A stretch of 64,000 bases of DNA from NCBI RefSeq assembly GCF_965279485.1, contig NZ_CBDIIC010000001.1:1512016-1576015 (forward strand). The letters are read 5' to 3'. Under the pieces are notes generated by a model. The model searched no databases and was not told where the DNA came from. It worked only from the letters and a program-made list of their open reading frames with translations. This DNA is from Lacipirellula sp. Its GTDB lineage: Bacteria > Planctomycetota > Planctomycetia > Pirellulales > Lacipirellulaceae. Below, piece by piece: positions 49,701 to 58,720 of the stretch (position 1 is the stretch's first letter; the number at the start of each line of letters is the position of its first letter). Both the position numbers and the translations under genes were made by a program.

Positions 49701-50265
49701 TGAGGCGCACTTCGAGTTCCGTTTCCCGCGAATGGGCGAATTTTCTCAAGCTGGGATGCGAATCGAACTGCGGAAAGCGATCGAACCATGGTACGTTCTA
49801 GGGGAAGAGGCGACCGGGACGGGAACGTCGCGCTATGTTGACTCTTCGCTCGAACGTCTGCAGGTACTCGTGCAAGGGATGACTGACAGCCGTCACTACA
49901 TGACGTGCAACGGCCGGAAGGTTCCGCTCCACCCGACGGGAACTGAAGGCGAGTACGTGGCTGGCGTGCGATATCGCGCATGGCAGCCGCCAAGCTGTCT
50001 GCACCCTACAATTCCTGTCGACGCGCCGCTGTCGTTCGATTTGGTCGACGGTTGGATGAACCGTTCGCTCGGAGGCTGCACTTACCACGTGGGGCATCCA
50101 GGCGGATTGAATCCGGAACTGTTCCCGATCAACGCGTTCGAAGCTGAAAGCCGTCGCTACGCCCGCTTCTTCAAGATGGGGCACAGCGGCGGACCGATTT
50201 CCCCGGCGCCAGAAGAACCGAATCCCGATTTTCCGCTAACGCTCGATCTTCGCCGTAACCGATAA
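46753..50265 (+). CDS. Transglutaminase-domain protein fused to DUF2126
   Basis: [21 protein letters not shown] (Cys), [69 protein letters not shown]. Confidence 0.9.
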   Translation: [1170 protein letters not shown]

Positions 50266-50303
50266 TCAGCAGTTGAGACCTCATCCGCGGCGAGAATCCA
50301 CCA

Positions 50304-52823
50304 GTGCCTGGCTCTGACCTACGCGTAGACGCCAAACTGTTCAGCGGCTATTCAGGCGCCGAGGGGTCGTACGACGAAGTATTTTCCGACAAGGGGGAGC
50401 TTCGTCCCGCTTGGCGGCGATTCATCGACGCGACCGAAGGGCTGCCGCGCGCGGAGTTTGGTCGGCGATGGGAGCAGGCGCAGCGACTGCTGCAGCAGAA
50501 TAGCCTCGCTTACCCCGATCCAAGGGATCCGCGCGCTCGTCGGCACCCCTGGGAACTCGACGCCTTCCCGCTGGTGATTCAAGCAGAGGAATGGCGCGAG
50601 GTCGCCGCGGCGCTTAAGCAGCGAGCGACGCTCCTCGACATGGTGCTGCAAGACTTGCTCGGTCCGCAGCGACTGATCAGGGAGGGGCATCTGCCGGCGG
50701 AAGTGGTGTTTCGCCACCCGGGCTTCTTGCTCCCCTACTGCCGCCCCGATGCCACGCCGCAGCAAGTGCTGCACGTCTACGGGGCCGACGTCGCCCGCTC
50801 GCCCGACGGTCGCTGGTGGGTGCTCGACGATCGCTGCGAGTCGCCCTCGGGGGCGGGCTTCGCGCTGCAGAACCGCATCGCGATGTCGCGGATGCTGCCC
50901 GACGTCATTCACGAATGCCGCGTCGAGCGCTTGGCGCCCTACTTCATCTCGTTTCAAGAACACCTCGCTCGCTTGGCGCCTGATCGCGAACGAGCCCGCG
51001 TGGTGTGGCTCAGCCAGCTGGCGGGGAGCGCGAACTATTTCGAAGACGCCTTCCTCGCGCGGTATCTCGGCTACACGCTCGCCGAAGCTGGCGACCTGGC
51101 GGTGCGGCAGAACAAGCTGTATCTGAAGACGCTCGCGGGACTATCGCCGGTCGACGTGTTGATGCGGCGACCGAATAGCGAGAATTGCGATCCTCTGGAA
51201 CTCTCCGATGCGTCCTCGATGGGCGTCGCGGGATTGCTGCAGTCGCTGCGCAGCCGGAACGCCGCAATTGCGAATGGACTTGGAAGCGGGCTGCTCGAGT
51301 CGCCGATCTTCATGGCGTTCCTGCCGCGACTCGCGGAAACGCTGCTGAGCGAACCGTTGAAGATGCCGAACGTCGCCACTTGGTGGTGCGGCGATCCGAA
51401 GAGCAGGAAGTATGTGCTGAGCCGGGTTTCGGAGTTGGCGATTCGGCCCGCCTATCGCCGCCGCGGCGTGAACGATTCGCGGCTCCTAGAACTGAGCCGT
51501 AGCGAACTAACGGCGATGATCGAGGCTCATCCGACGGCGTACGTCGCCCAAGAGCGCGTCCGCCGGTCGACGGCGCCGGTCTGGTCGGGACAGGACGTCA
51601 CCCACTCGTACATTTCGCTGCGGGCGTTCGCTGTCTCCAGCGGCGATAGCTTCGAAGTGATGCCGGGCGGCCTCGCGCGGGTCAGTGCGACGCTCGGCCC
51701 GCTCGACATGTCGCTGCTCGAAGGGGAACGGAGCAAAGATACTTGGGTGCTCTCGGAAGGGCCGGTCAGTTCGGTGACGCTGCTGATCGCCGCCGACGAG
51801 CCGCTTGCGCTGCGCCGCGGCGGCGTCGACTTACCGAGCCGCGCCGCAGAGCACTTCTTCTGGCTGGGGCGGCAATCGGTGCGTGCGGAAACGCTCGGCA
51901 AATTGATTCGCGCCGTGGCGCTGCGACTAACGAGCGAACAAGACGCCGAACGGATCCCCGAGTTGCAGTTGCTGATCCGTGTTCTCGCGGAGCTCGGGCA
52001 AATCGAACCGGGCTACGTCGTCGACGAAATCAAAGTCCAGATGCCGGCGCTCGAAAAGCTGCTGCCTGCTGCCGTGTTCGATGAAAAGACGCCCGGCACG
52101 CTGCGGGCGACGGTCGCGAATCTTGCACAACTTGCGGCGACCGTGCGCGACTTGCTGTCGCTCGATACCTGGCGGATCATCCGCGAGATGAACGACGAGT
52201 TCCAGCCGACGGCGAGCGACGACGGGTTCCTCGATATGCTCGTGAAGGTCGATGGCCTGCTCGCGGGCTTGGCAGCGCTTACCGGCCAGTTCGCTGAGGG
52301 AATGACGCGGACGCACGCGTGGCGGTTTCTCGACTTCGGCCGTCGCCTGGAGCGAACGCTGCAAGCTTCGCAGCTCATTCGCGCCGTCGTCGCTGAAGGG
52401 GGTGGAACCGACGCCGCAGCCCTCGAGTCGCTGCTGGAAGTTTCCGACAGCTTGATGACCTACCGCTCGCGGTACTACTCGCGGTTCCAACTCGGCGCCG
52501 TGCTCGACTTGCTGATGACCGACGAAACGAACCCGCGGTCGATGGCGTTTCAGCTGGTGGAGTGCACTTCGCACGCGGCTCAGTTGCCGCGCGAGTCGAT
52601 CGTCCCGGGGCAGATGACGGAAGAGCGGCTCGCTGCGTCGCTGCTCCACTTGATCCGCCGCGTCGATCCGTTGGCAATCGCTCGCGCGTACGAATCGGGC
52701 GACGAAGAACCGCTCGACTCGCTGCTGACGACGATCGACTCGTCGCTCCCCAAACTGTCGGACGCGGTGTCGCACCACTATTTCTTCCACAGCGGACCTG
52801 CGCAGCGTCTGGCGCGTGACTAG
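50304..52823 (+). CDS. Circularly permuted ATP-grasp type 2 protein fused to alpha-E (DUF403) domain
   Basis: YDE...G.LRP.W, QRATLL, DVARSPDGRWWVLDDR..SPSG, CDPLEL, MPGGLARV, SKDTWV; alpha-E RAAEHFFWLGR..RAE, GRRLER, DETNPRS.AFQ. Confidence 0.9.
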   Translation: MPGSDLRVDAKLFSGYSGAEGSYDEVFSDKGELRPAWRRFIDATEGLPRAEFGRRWEQAQRLLQQNSLAYPDPRDPRARRHPWELDAFPLVIQAEEWREVAAALKQRATLLDMVLQDLLGPQRLIREGHLPAEVVFRHPGFLLPYCRPDATPQQVLHVYGADVARSPDGRWWVLDDRCESPSGAGFALQNRIAMSRMLPDVIHECRVERLAPYFISFQEHLARLAPDRERARVVWLSQLAGSANYFEDAFLARYLGYTLAEAGDLAVRQNKLYLKTLAGLSPVDVLMRRPNSENCDPLELSDASSMGVAGLLQSLRSRNAAIANGLGSGLLESPIFMAFLPRLAETLLSEPLKMPNVATWWCGDPKSRKYVLSRVSELAIRPAYRRRGVNDSRLLELSRSELTAMIEAHPTAYVAQERVRRSTAPVWSGQDVTHSYISLRAFAVSSGDSFEVMPGGLARVSATLGPLDMSLLEGERSKDTWVLSEGPVSSVTLLIAADEPLALRRGGVDLPSRAAEHFFWLGRQSVRAETLGKLIRAVALRLTSEQDAERIPELQLLIRVLAELGQIEPGYVVDEIKVQMPALEKLLPAAVFDEKTPGTLRATVANLAQLAATVRDLLSLDTWRIIREMNDEFQPTASDDGFLDMLVKVDGLLAGLAALTGQFAEGMTRTHAWRFLDFGRRLERTLQASQLIRAVVAEGGGTDAAALESLLEVSDSLMTYRSRYYSRFQLGAVLDLLMTDETNPRSMAFQLVECTSHAAQLPRESIVPGQMTEERLAASLLHLIRRVDPLAIARAYESGDEEPLDSLLTTIDSSLPKLSDAVSHHYFFHSGPAQRLARD

Positions 52824-52836
52824 GGCGGAGCCCGAG

Positions 52837-53724
52837 ATGAAGTACTCAATCAAGCACCGCACTTGGTATGCCTACGCCGAATCGGCGCCGGTCTGCCACA
52901 ACATGCTTCACCTGGCGCCGCGCAACACCCCCTATCAGACTTGCTCCGACTACCGTCTACGGATCGTCCCTGAGCCGGCGCTCATCACGCGTCGGGCAGA
53001 CTGGTTCGGCAACTTCATCGACTATTTTTCGATTGAAGGGGCACACAACGGCCTGGAGATTACCTCGCAAAGCACCGTCAACGTCACGCGGCCGCCGAAG
53101 CTCTCCCCAAGTGAATCGCCCAAGTGGGAGACGATCGCGCAGCTATCGACGGCAGGCACGACAAGCGCCTCGCTGGAGGTCTACCAGTTGACGCTTCGCT
53201 CGTCGCGGGTGCGACCTTCGCAGCAATTGCGGCAATACGCCTTTCCGAGCTTCCCCGCCGGCCGCCCGATTGTTGAAGGCATCATTGACCTGACGGCCCG
53301 CATTCATCGTGACTTCGAATTCGATCCGAAAGCGACGACGGTTCACACTCCGCTGGAGGATCTACTGAAGCTCCGTCGCGGCGTTTGCCAGGATTTTGCG
53401 CATCTCGCGATCGGCTGCATGCGATCGCTGGGGCTGCCGGCTCGGTACGTGAGCGGTTACCTCCGCACGGTTCCGCCGCCAGGCAAACCGCGACTAGTCG
53501 GCGCCGATGCGTCGCACGCCTGGGCCTCGGTCCACTGCGGGCCGCTGGGTTGGGTCGACTTCGACCCAACGAACAACACGCTCATCGGCGAGTCGCATAT
53601 CACCATCGGCTGGGGCCGCGACTACGGCGACGTTTGCCCGATTCAGGGCGTGTTCGTCGGCGGCGGCGAGCACAGCATGGGCGTGAGCGTCGACGTGCTG
53701 CCAGCAGAAGAGAAGGCCGCTTGA
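52837..53724 (+). CDS. Transglutaminase-like protein
   Basis: YSIKHRTWYAY, RRGVCQDFAH, ARYVSGYL, ASHAWASV, DFDPTN, GRDYGDV.P; GGAG upstream of ATG 52837 (alternative GTG 52816). Confidence 0.9.
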   Translation: MKYSIKHRTWYAYAESAPVCHNMLHLAPRNTPYQTCSDYRLRIVPEPALITRRADWFGNFIDYFSIEGAHNGLEITSQSTVNVTRPPKLSPSESPKWETIAQLSTAGTTSASLEVYQLTLRSSRVRPSQQLRQYAFPSFPAGRPIVEGIIDLTARIHRDFEFDPKATTVHTPLEDLLKLRRGVCQDFAHLAIGCMRSLGLPARYVSGYLRTVPPPGKPRLVGADASHAWASVHCGPLGWVDFDPTNNTLIGESHITIGWGRDYGDVCPIQGVFVGGGEHSMGVSVDVLPAEEKAA

Positions 53725-53881
53725 GTCGCCTCTCGCTCTTGCCAAGCCCCGACAGTCGCGGGCTCTACAGCGGTCTTAAGCGAGCGAAACGGCGATTTCC
53801 GCCGATTCGCATCGGTCGGCTGGTTGAGCTATCCTTGAGAGCTTCCGAATCGCTCAACTCGCCACGCCGCCGCGGGATTTC

Positions 53882-54544
53882 ATGGAATACGTTAAGCAGC
53901 TGATCGACCTGTTTCTCCACCTCGACGAACATCTGCGCGAAGTGGTGAACGATTACGGCACGTGGACTTACCTCGTGCTGTTCGTCATCGTGTTCTGCGA
54001 GACGGGGCTCGTCGTCACGCCGATCTTGCCGGGCGACTCGCTGCTGTTCGCGGCGGGGGCGATCGCCGCGCTCGGCTCGCTCAACCCGCATCTGCTCGTG
54101 GTGTTGCTCACCATCGCTGCGATCCTCGGCGATGCGGTGAACTATCAGATTGGCCGCTACATCGGGTCGGCGGTGTTCAAGAAAGAGGACTCGCGGTTCT
54201 TCAAGAAGGCGCATCTCGAGAAGACGCACGCCTTCTACGAACGATACGGCGGGAAGACGATCATCATCGCCCGCTTCGTGCCGATCGTGCGGACCTTCGC
54301 GCCATTCATCGCCGGCGTCGGGCAGATGAGCTACCGGCAGTTTGCGTTGTACAACGTGATCGGCGCGATCTTGTGGGTCGTCATCGGCGTGTACGCTGGC
54401 TACTTGTTTGGCGGACTGAAGATCGTCAAAGAGAATTTTTCACTGATCATCATCGCGATCGTCGGCATCTCGCTGCTGCCGGCGCTCATTGAGATCTGGC
54501 GGGCGAAGCGTCAGCGCAGCGCCACAACGTCGGCAGATGCGTAA
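53882..54544 (+). CDS. dedA: DedA family membrane protein
   Basis: [49 protein letters not shown]. Confidence 0.93.
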   Translation: MEYVKQLIDLFLHLDEHLREVVNDYGTWTYLVLFVIVFCETGLVVTPILPGDSLLFAAGAIAALGSLNPHLLVVLLTIAAILGDAVNYQIGRYIGSAVFKKEDSRFFKKAHLEKTHAFYERYGGKTIIIARFVPIVRTFAPFIAGVGQMSYRQFALYNVIGAILWVVIGVYAGYLFGGLKIVKENFSLIIIAIVGISLLPALIEIWRAKRQRSATTSADA

Positions 54545-54585
54545 CTACCGCTTGCACGATGCTCAGCCAGTCTATCTGTTGCGGA

Positions 54586-56049
54586 TCAGCCCGCAGCGGT
54601 GGCAGTTGGTTCGATCTCACGGACTTCGAACCCAGCGCGATCCTCGCGCCGCAGCAGCTTGTTTGCCGCGGCAGCATCGTTGCCGGTGAATTGCTGCGTC
54701 GCCGCGTCGAACGTCAACACTGGCCCCGCTCGGAAGTCGGATTCCGCGGCGCCATGCTCGCGCGCGACCCCCTTCAACTGCTCGACCATGACGAGGGCAT
54801 CTTCAATCACGTGCAATTCTTGGGCAAGTTGCCGAGCTGAGGACGAGTTGCTGGCAGCGCGGTAGGCGACGTTGGCCAGGTTGCACCATTCTGTTGACTC
54901 ATGTCCCATTTTCACCGGCGCGTTAAGCGCTGACGATTTCCCGCTACGCACGGCGTCGACAAAATTCTGCTGGTGCCCTGCCCCGCTGTCGCCCTTGAAC
55001 TTGCGAATCTCCTTACCGTCGACGTCGAACGCCTTCGCTTGGCCGCGCTGACCTTCGAAGCGGCCCCCTTCGCAGTAGACGATGTAGCCGCTGCCCGGCC
55101 CGGGTGACGGCGGCGACGCTTTGCCGCCGACCTTCTCCGGCAAATTGCAGACGGCGACGATCACCGGGTACTTGCCCGTATCGAGCAGCGCGCAGTGGAG
55201 GTTCGGCGTCTCGCCGCAATCGCCTTCGCCGAAGCGACCGCCGCCGGCAACGACGCGGCGCGGGAACGCGACGCTATCTTGGAAGACGTTGTTGCGAACG
55301 TCGTCGAGAATGTGGACGCCCCAGTTGCCCATCTCACCGGAGCCCGTGTTCCACATCCAGTGCCAGTCGTAGTGGAGCGCGTTCCGCATCAGCGGCTCGT
55401 CTTGCGCCGGGCCGAGCCAGAGGTTGTAATCGACGCTCGCCGGCGGCGCGAGCGCCGTGTCGCGCTTGCCGATCGGGCCGCGGACGCCGAAGCGATTCAC
55501 GCGGACCTTCTCGATGGCTCCGAGCGTTTTGTCTTCATGCAGAAACTGCTTGATCTCGGCCTGCATCGGATCGGAACGCTGTTGCGTACCGACTTGGCAC
55601 ACCAGCCCGTAGCGATTGGCTGCGTTAACGACCTGCCGGCCATCCCAGTTCATGTGGCCGAGCGGCTTCTCGACATACACATGCTTGCCCGCTTCGAGGG
55701 CCCAGATTGCCGCAAGACAGTGCCAGTGATTTGGCGTGGCAATCACCACGGCGTCGATGTCTTTCGAGTCGAGCAGTTTCCGCAGGTCGCGATACTTCGC
55801 AGCGCCGTCGTACTCTTTCGCCAACGCATCGACGTGCTGCTCATCGGGATCGCAGAGCGCCGCGACCTTCAGCCCCGGCACTTTGCGAAACGAACGCAGC
55901 AGTTCCGCCCCGCGACCGCCGCAGCCGATGAGACCGATGTTCACCTGCTCGTTGGCGCCGGCAGCCCAGGTAGGACGGACTGAAACCGCTGCAAGGCCGC
56001 CAACCGCGAGCGCGCCGCCCAAGAAATTCCGCCGATTGAAGCTCGCCAT
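54586..56049 (-). CDS. TAT-exported Gfo/Idh/MocA family oxidoreductase
   Basis: NRRNFL, IGLIGCGGRG, IATPNHWH, KHVYVEKP, QVGTQQRS, WLGPA, GEMGNWGVH.LD. Confidence 0.92.
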   Translation of the reverse strand: MASFNRRNFLGGALAVGGLAAVSVRPTWAAGANEQVNIGLIGCGGRGAELLRSFRKVPGLKVAALCDPDEQHVDALAKEYDGAAKYRDLRKLLDSKDIDAVVIATPNHWHCLAAIWALEAGKHVYVEKPLGHMNWDGRQVVNAANRYGLVCQVGTQQRSDPMQAEIKQFLHEDKTLGAIEKVRVNRFGVRGPIGKRDTALAPPASVDYNLWLGPAQDEPLMRNALHYDWHWMWNTGSGEMGNWGVHILDDVRNNVFQDSVAFPRRVVAGGGRFGEGDCGETPNLHCALLDTGKYPVIVAVCNLPEKVGGKASPPSPGPGSGYIVYCEGGRFEGQRGQAKAFDVDGKEIRKFKGDSGAGHQQNFVDAVRSGKSSALNAPVKMGHESTEWCNLANVAYRAASNSSSARQLAQELHVIEDALVMVEQLKGVAREHGAAESDFRAGPVLTFDAATQQFTGNDAAAANKLLRREDRAGFEVREIEPTATAAG

Positions 56050-56298
56050 GAATCGATGTCCTACCAAATAAGGCTGAAAAGCGTGGAAGGTTGTCCACAA
56101 CCGCCCAAGCGCCGCTATTAAGTATTAAAGGCGCCGAGCACGCTCGGTGCAAGCGTCCGACAGTTTTCGTCAGCTTCCTTCTCTGGCCAGCTTTCTTAGC
56201 CCGGTCGTCGCGATGCATTCGCTCCACGCGGAGCCGAATGTATATTGACGAACGGGCTGATTTCGCTGCGATTACTGAATCACTCTTCTACGATCGAA

Positions 56299-57243
56299 AT
56301 GCCGCCGATGAAGACGCCATCGTTCCAGCCGCGCCGTCGCGAATTCCTGGCCGCCGCCGCGGCCATCGGTTCAGCCGCCTACCTTTGCGGCAACGCGACG
56401 GCGGCTGACCGAGCTTCTGAGCCGGCTAAACAAGCCATTCAGTTCTGCGCTTTTGAAAAATTCCTGCAGGACTTAAGTCACGATGAACTCGCGGACGGTC
56501 TCGCCGAGCTGGGATTCAACGGCGTCGAAGTCACGGCCAGGCAAGGGGGTCGGATCACTCCCGAGCGCGCGCAGGAACAGTTGCCGGCGCTCGTCGACGC
56601 CCTCGCGAAGCGGAACCTCGAAGTCACGATCCTCACCACCGAAGTCAACCGCGCCGACGATCCAACGAATGAAAAGCTACTCGCAGCCGCGGCCAAGCTT
56701 GGCATCAAGCGTTACCGACTCGGTTGGTTCAAGTACGCCGATGATCGCCCGATCCCAGCGCAGCTCGCCGGCTACCGCAGCCAGCTGCTCGATCTCGCGG
56801 CGCTGAATCGCGAGCTAGGCATCACTGGTCTCTGGCAAAATCACAGCGGCGAACAGTACGTCGGCGCCACGATTTGGGATCTGCACCAACTCCTGCAGGA
56901 CGTGCCGAAGGAGGAAGTCGCCGCGGCGTTCGACATTCGTCACGCGACCGTCGAAGCGGGCCGATCTTGGCCACGGCTCTACCAATTGATCAAGCCGCAT
57001 ATTGGCGCCCTCTACATGAAGGACTTTGCCTGGTCCGGAAATAGAGACAAACACATAACTTTTGGCAAGGGACGGGTCGAGCCGCGGTACTTTGAAATGC
57101 TGAAGCACGATCGGCTTGAAGCGCCCGTCTCCATCCACGTCGAGTACTTACCGCGCGGGTCGGCCCAAGAAAACCTGCAGGCGATTGGCCGCGACTTCAA
57201 CCGAGTGCGAGAACTGCTGCAAACGGCGAGCGATCAATCTTAG
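56299..57243 (+). CDS. TAT-exported sugar phosphate isomerase/epimerase (TIM barrel)
   Basis: RRREFL, GFNGVEVTAR, QNHSG, FDIRHA, YMKDF, SIHVEY; start 56299 or 56308. Confidence 0.85.
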   Translation: MPPMKTPSFQPRRREFLAAAAAIGSAAYLCGNATAADRASEPAKQAIQFCAFEKFLQDLSHDELADGLAELGFNGVEVTARQGGRITPERAQEQLPALVDALAKRNLEVTILTTEVNRADDPTNEKLLAAAAKLGIKRYRLGWFKYADDRPIPAQLAGYRSQLLDLAALNRELGITGLWQNHSGEQYVGATIWDLHQLLQDVPKEEVAAAFDIRHATVEAGRSWPRLYQLIKPHIGALYMKDFAWSGNRDKHITFGKGRVEPRYFEMLKHDRLEAPVSIHVEYLPRGSAQENLQAIGRDFNRVRELLQTASDQS

Positions 57244-57453
57244 GTTGCGTCGCAGTTCGTCCCACTAGATTGTCCGCGTGCGGCTGTTCCTCAGACTGCC
57301 CTCCTCTCTTCATTCTGCTCCGTCACCTACTGCAAAGACGGGTAAATGAAGTGCTGCCGGCCGTCTGACAGGCCAGCTCCGCTGCAATCCGCCCGCGAGG
57401 CCGCTATCCGGCCAGGGCGGAAGAATTTACATTGAAGTAGATTCGAGACCCCC

Positions 57454-57491
57454 GCCCTCGTAGCTCAGGGGATAGAGCAGCGGTTTCCTAA
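57454..57491 (+). tRNA. 5' half only of tRNA-Arg(CCU), truncated exactly after the anticodon loop
   Basis: GCCCTCG-TA-GCTC-AGGGGATA-GAGC-A-GCGGT-TTCCTAA, then TAGAA instead of the ACCGC needed to close the stem; no T-arm or 3' half seen by eye in the window. Confidence 0.88.
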
Positions 57492-57561
57492 TAGAAAATT
57501 CCCGAGCGGCATTAACGCCAAATCATAGTTTTCTTCGGAAAACGAGCTTTCGGAACCGATA

Positions 57562-57614
57562 ACTGACACCTGCAAACCCTCACCAACATCTGGCTGCGGG
57601 TGTCAGTGACACCC
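57562..57614. repeat. TGACACC motif x3 (direct and inverted), candidate integrase arm-type sites
   Basis: actgacacc 57562-57570, ggtgtcagt 57599-57607, gtgacaccc 57606-57614, 70-120 bp inside the junction. Confidence 0.5.
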
Positions 57615-57828
57615 GCTCAAAACGGCGAGTCACTTAGCCTCGCTCTTCAGTAGACGACTCGCGCGATCTGGCAGCGAATGTTGATTCCGCAGCGTCATTG
57701 CCCCACGCTATTGCGAAGATTTAATCGTGCTCCAAGACAATCCTAGTCTCTGTTGCCTTTGGCTTATCAGCGCAAGGGGCCGCAAACTTCGTCTCGCAGA
57801 CATAGAGCCTGGGGTAGCCACTCCCCCT

Positions 57829-57860
57829 GTTTGACGAGTATCGGGAGTTTGACGAGTATC
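57829..57860 (+). repeat. 14-bp direct repeat with 18-bp period
   Basis: gtttgacgagtatc at 57829 and 57847. Confidence 0.75.
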
Positions 57861-58008
57861 CGGAGACTGTTGAATCGCCTTGCACTCAGCCCACGGTAAC
57901 GGTTTAGGAAGCTAGAGCGGACGCATACTGTCTAGCGTTTATTGGGGCGTGTGACCATATTTGTACCTAGCGGTAAGCGGGTGGCAATTACGGTAGGAAA
58001 TTCGATGG

Positions 58009-58449
58009 TTGGGCGATGCGGCGTTACAAACGGGTGACGCCGTGAGGCATAATATGTTTCAATTCTCTACAGACTTAGCAAAGTATCACCCCATCTCGCT
58101 GCAAGAGGCGAAGTCGACGTTTGCAGATCACGATCCGAAGGGAGTTGTCTTTAAGGTCAATTTGCAGGACTTGCCTACCGCTCTTCAGAAGATTCCAACG
58201 CTAAATGACGCCTACGTTTCAGGGATACAGGACGATATCGGAGCAGCACCAGCTGCGGGAACTCCGCAAGCTGTGATTCTCACCGCTCGTGAGGACGTTA
58301 AAGATGCTCCGGCGACAGGCAACTTGAACGCCTATCTGCTTCTTACAGTGGGTGACAGCGTATTTATGTCACCACCTTGCAACAAACTCGGCTCTCTACC
58401 GCACCATTATTCTGGTCAGTTTCCGCTTGAATCGGTTTTCAAGCCGTAG
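58009..58449 (+). CDS. Hypothetical protein (island)
   Basis: 146-codon ORF in lower-GC DNA; start uncertain (TTG 58009 or internal ATG). Confidence 0.5.
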   Translation: MGDAALQTGDAVRHNMFQFSTDLAKYHPISLQEAKSTFADHDPKGVVFKVNLQDLPTALQKIPTLNDAYVSGIQDDIGAAPAAGTPQAVILTAREDVKDAPATGNLNAYLLLTVGDSVFMSPPCNKLGSLPHHYSGQFPLESVFKP

Positions 58450-58720
58450 AGGGCATCATCAGCTTGAAACGGGTGTCGCCAATTCTCGGCGATTAGCGTT
58501 GTCCGCTCAGGTCTTACCGCCATGCCGCCTTTAGGCTGGTTCAACTATGGAGCCGGTCCGGCAATATAGGGATAGCCAAGGCTCTGAGAAGTCAACAAAA
58601 ACCAGCTGGAAGGCCCAGCGGGCTATTTTGTTGATGTGATTACCCCGAATTTGCCGTTACGCCGCAACTCGCTAAACTGAGCGGTCTGCCATAAGGGCGA
58701 GAGACTTATTGTGTTTAGCG

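Noticed and set aside
57492-57800. Group I intron in tRNA-Arg(CCU), as known from some proteobacteria
   Set aside because: No recognisable P/Q/R/S core elements and no 3' exon within the following kilobases; the break falls after the whole loop rather than after the anticodon U.
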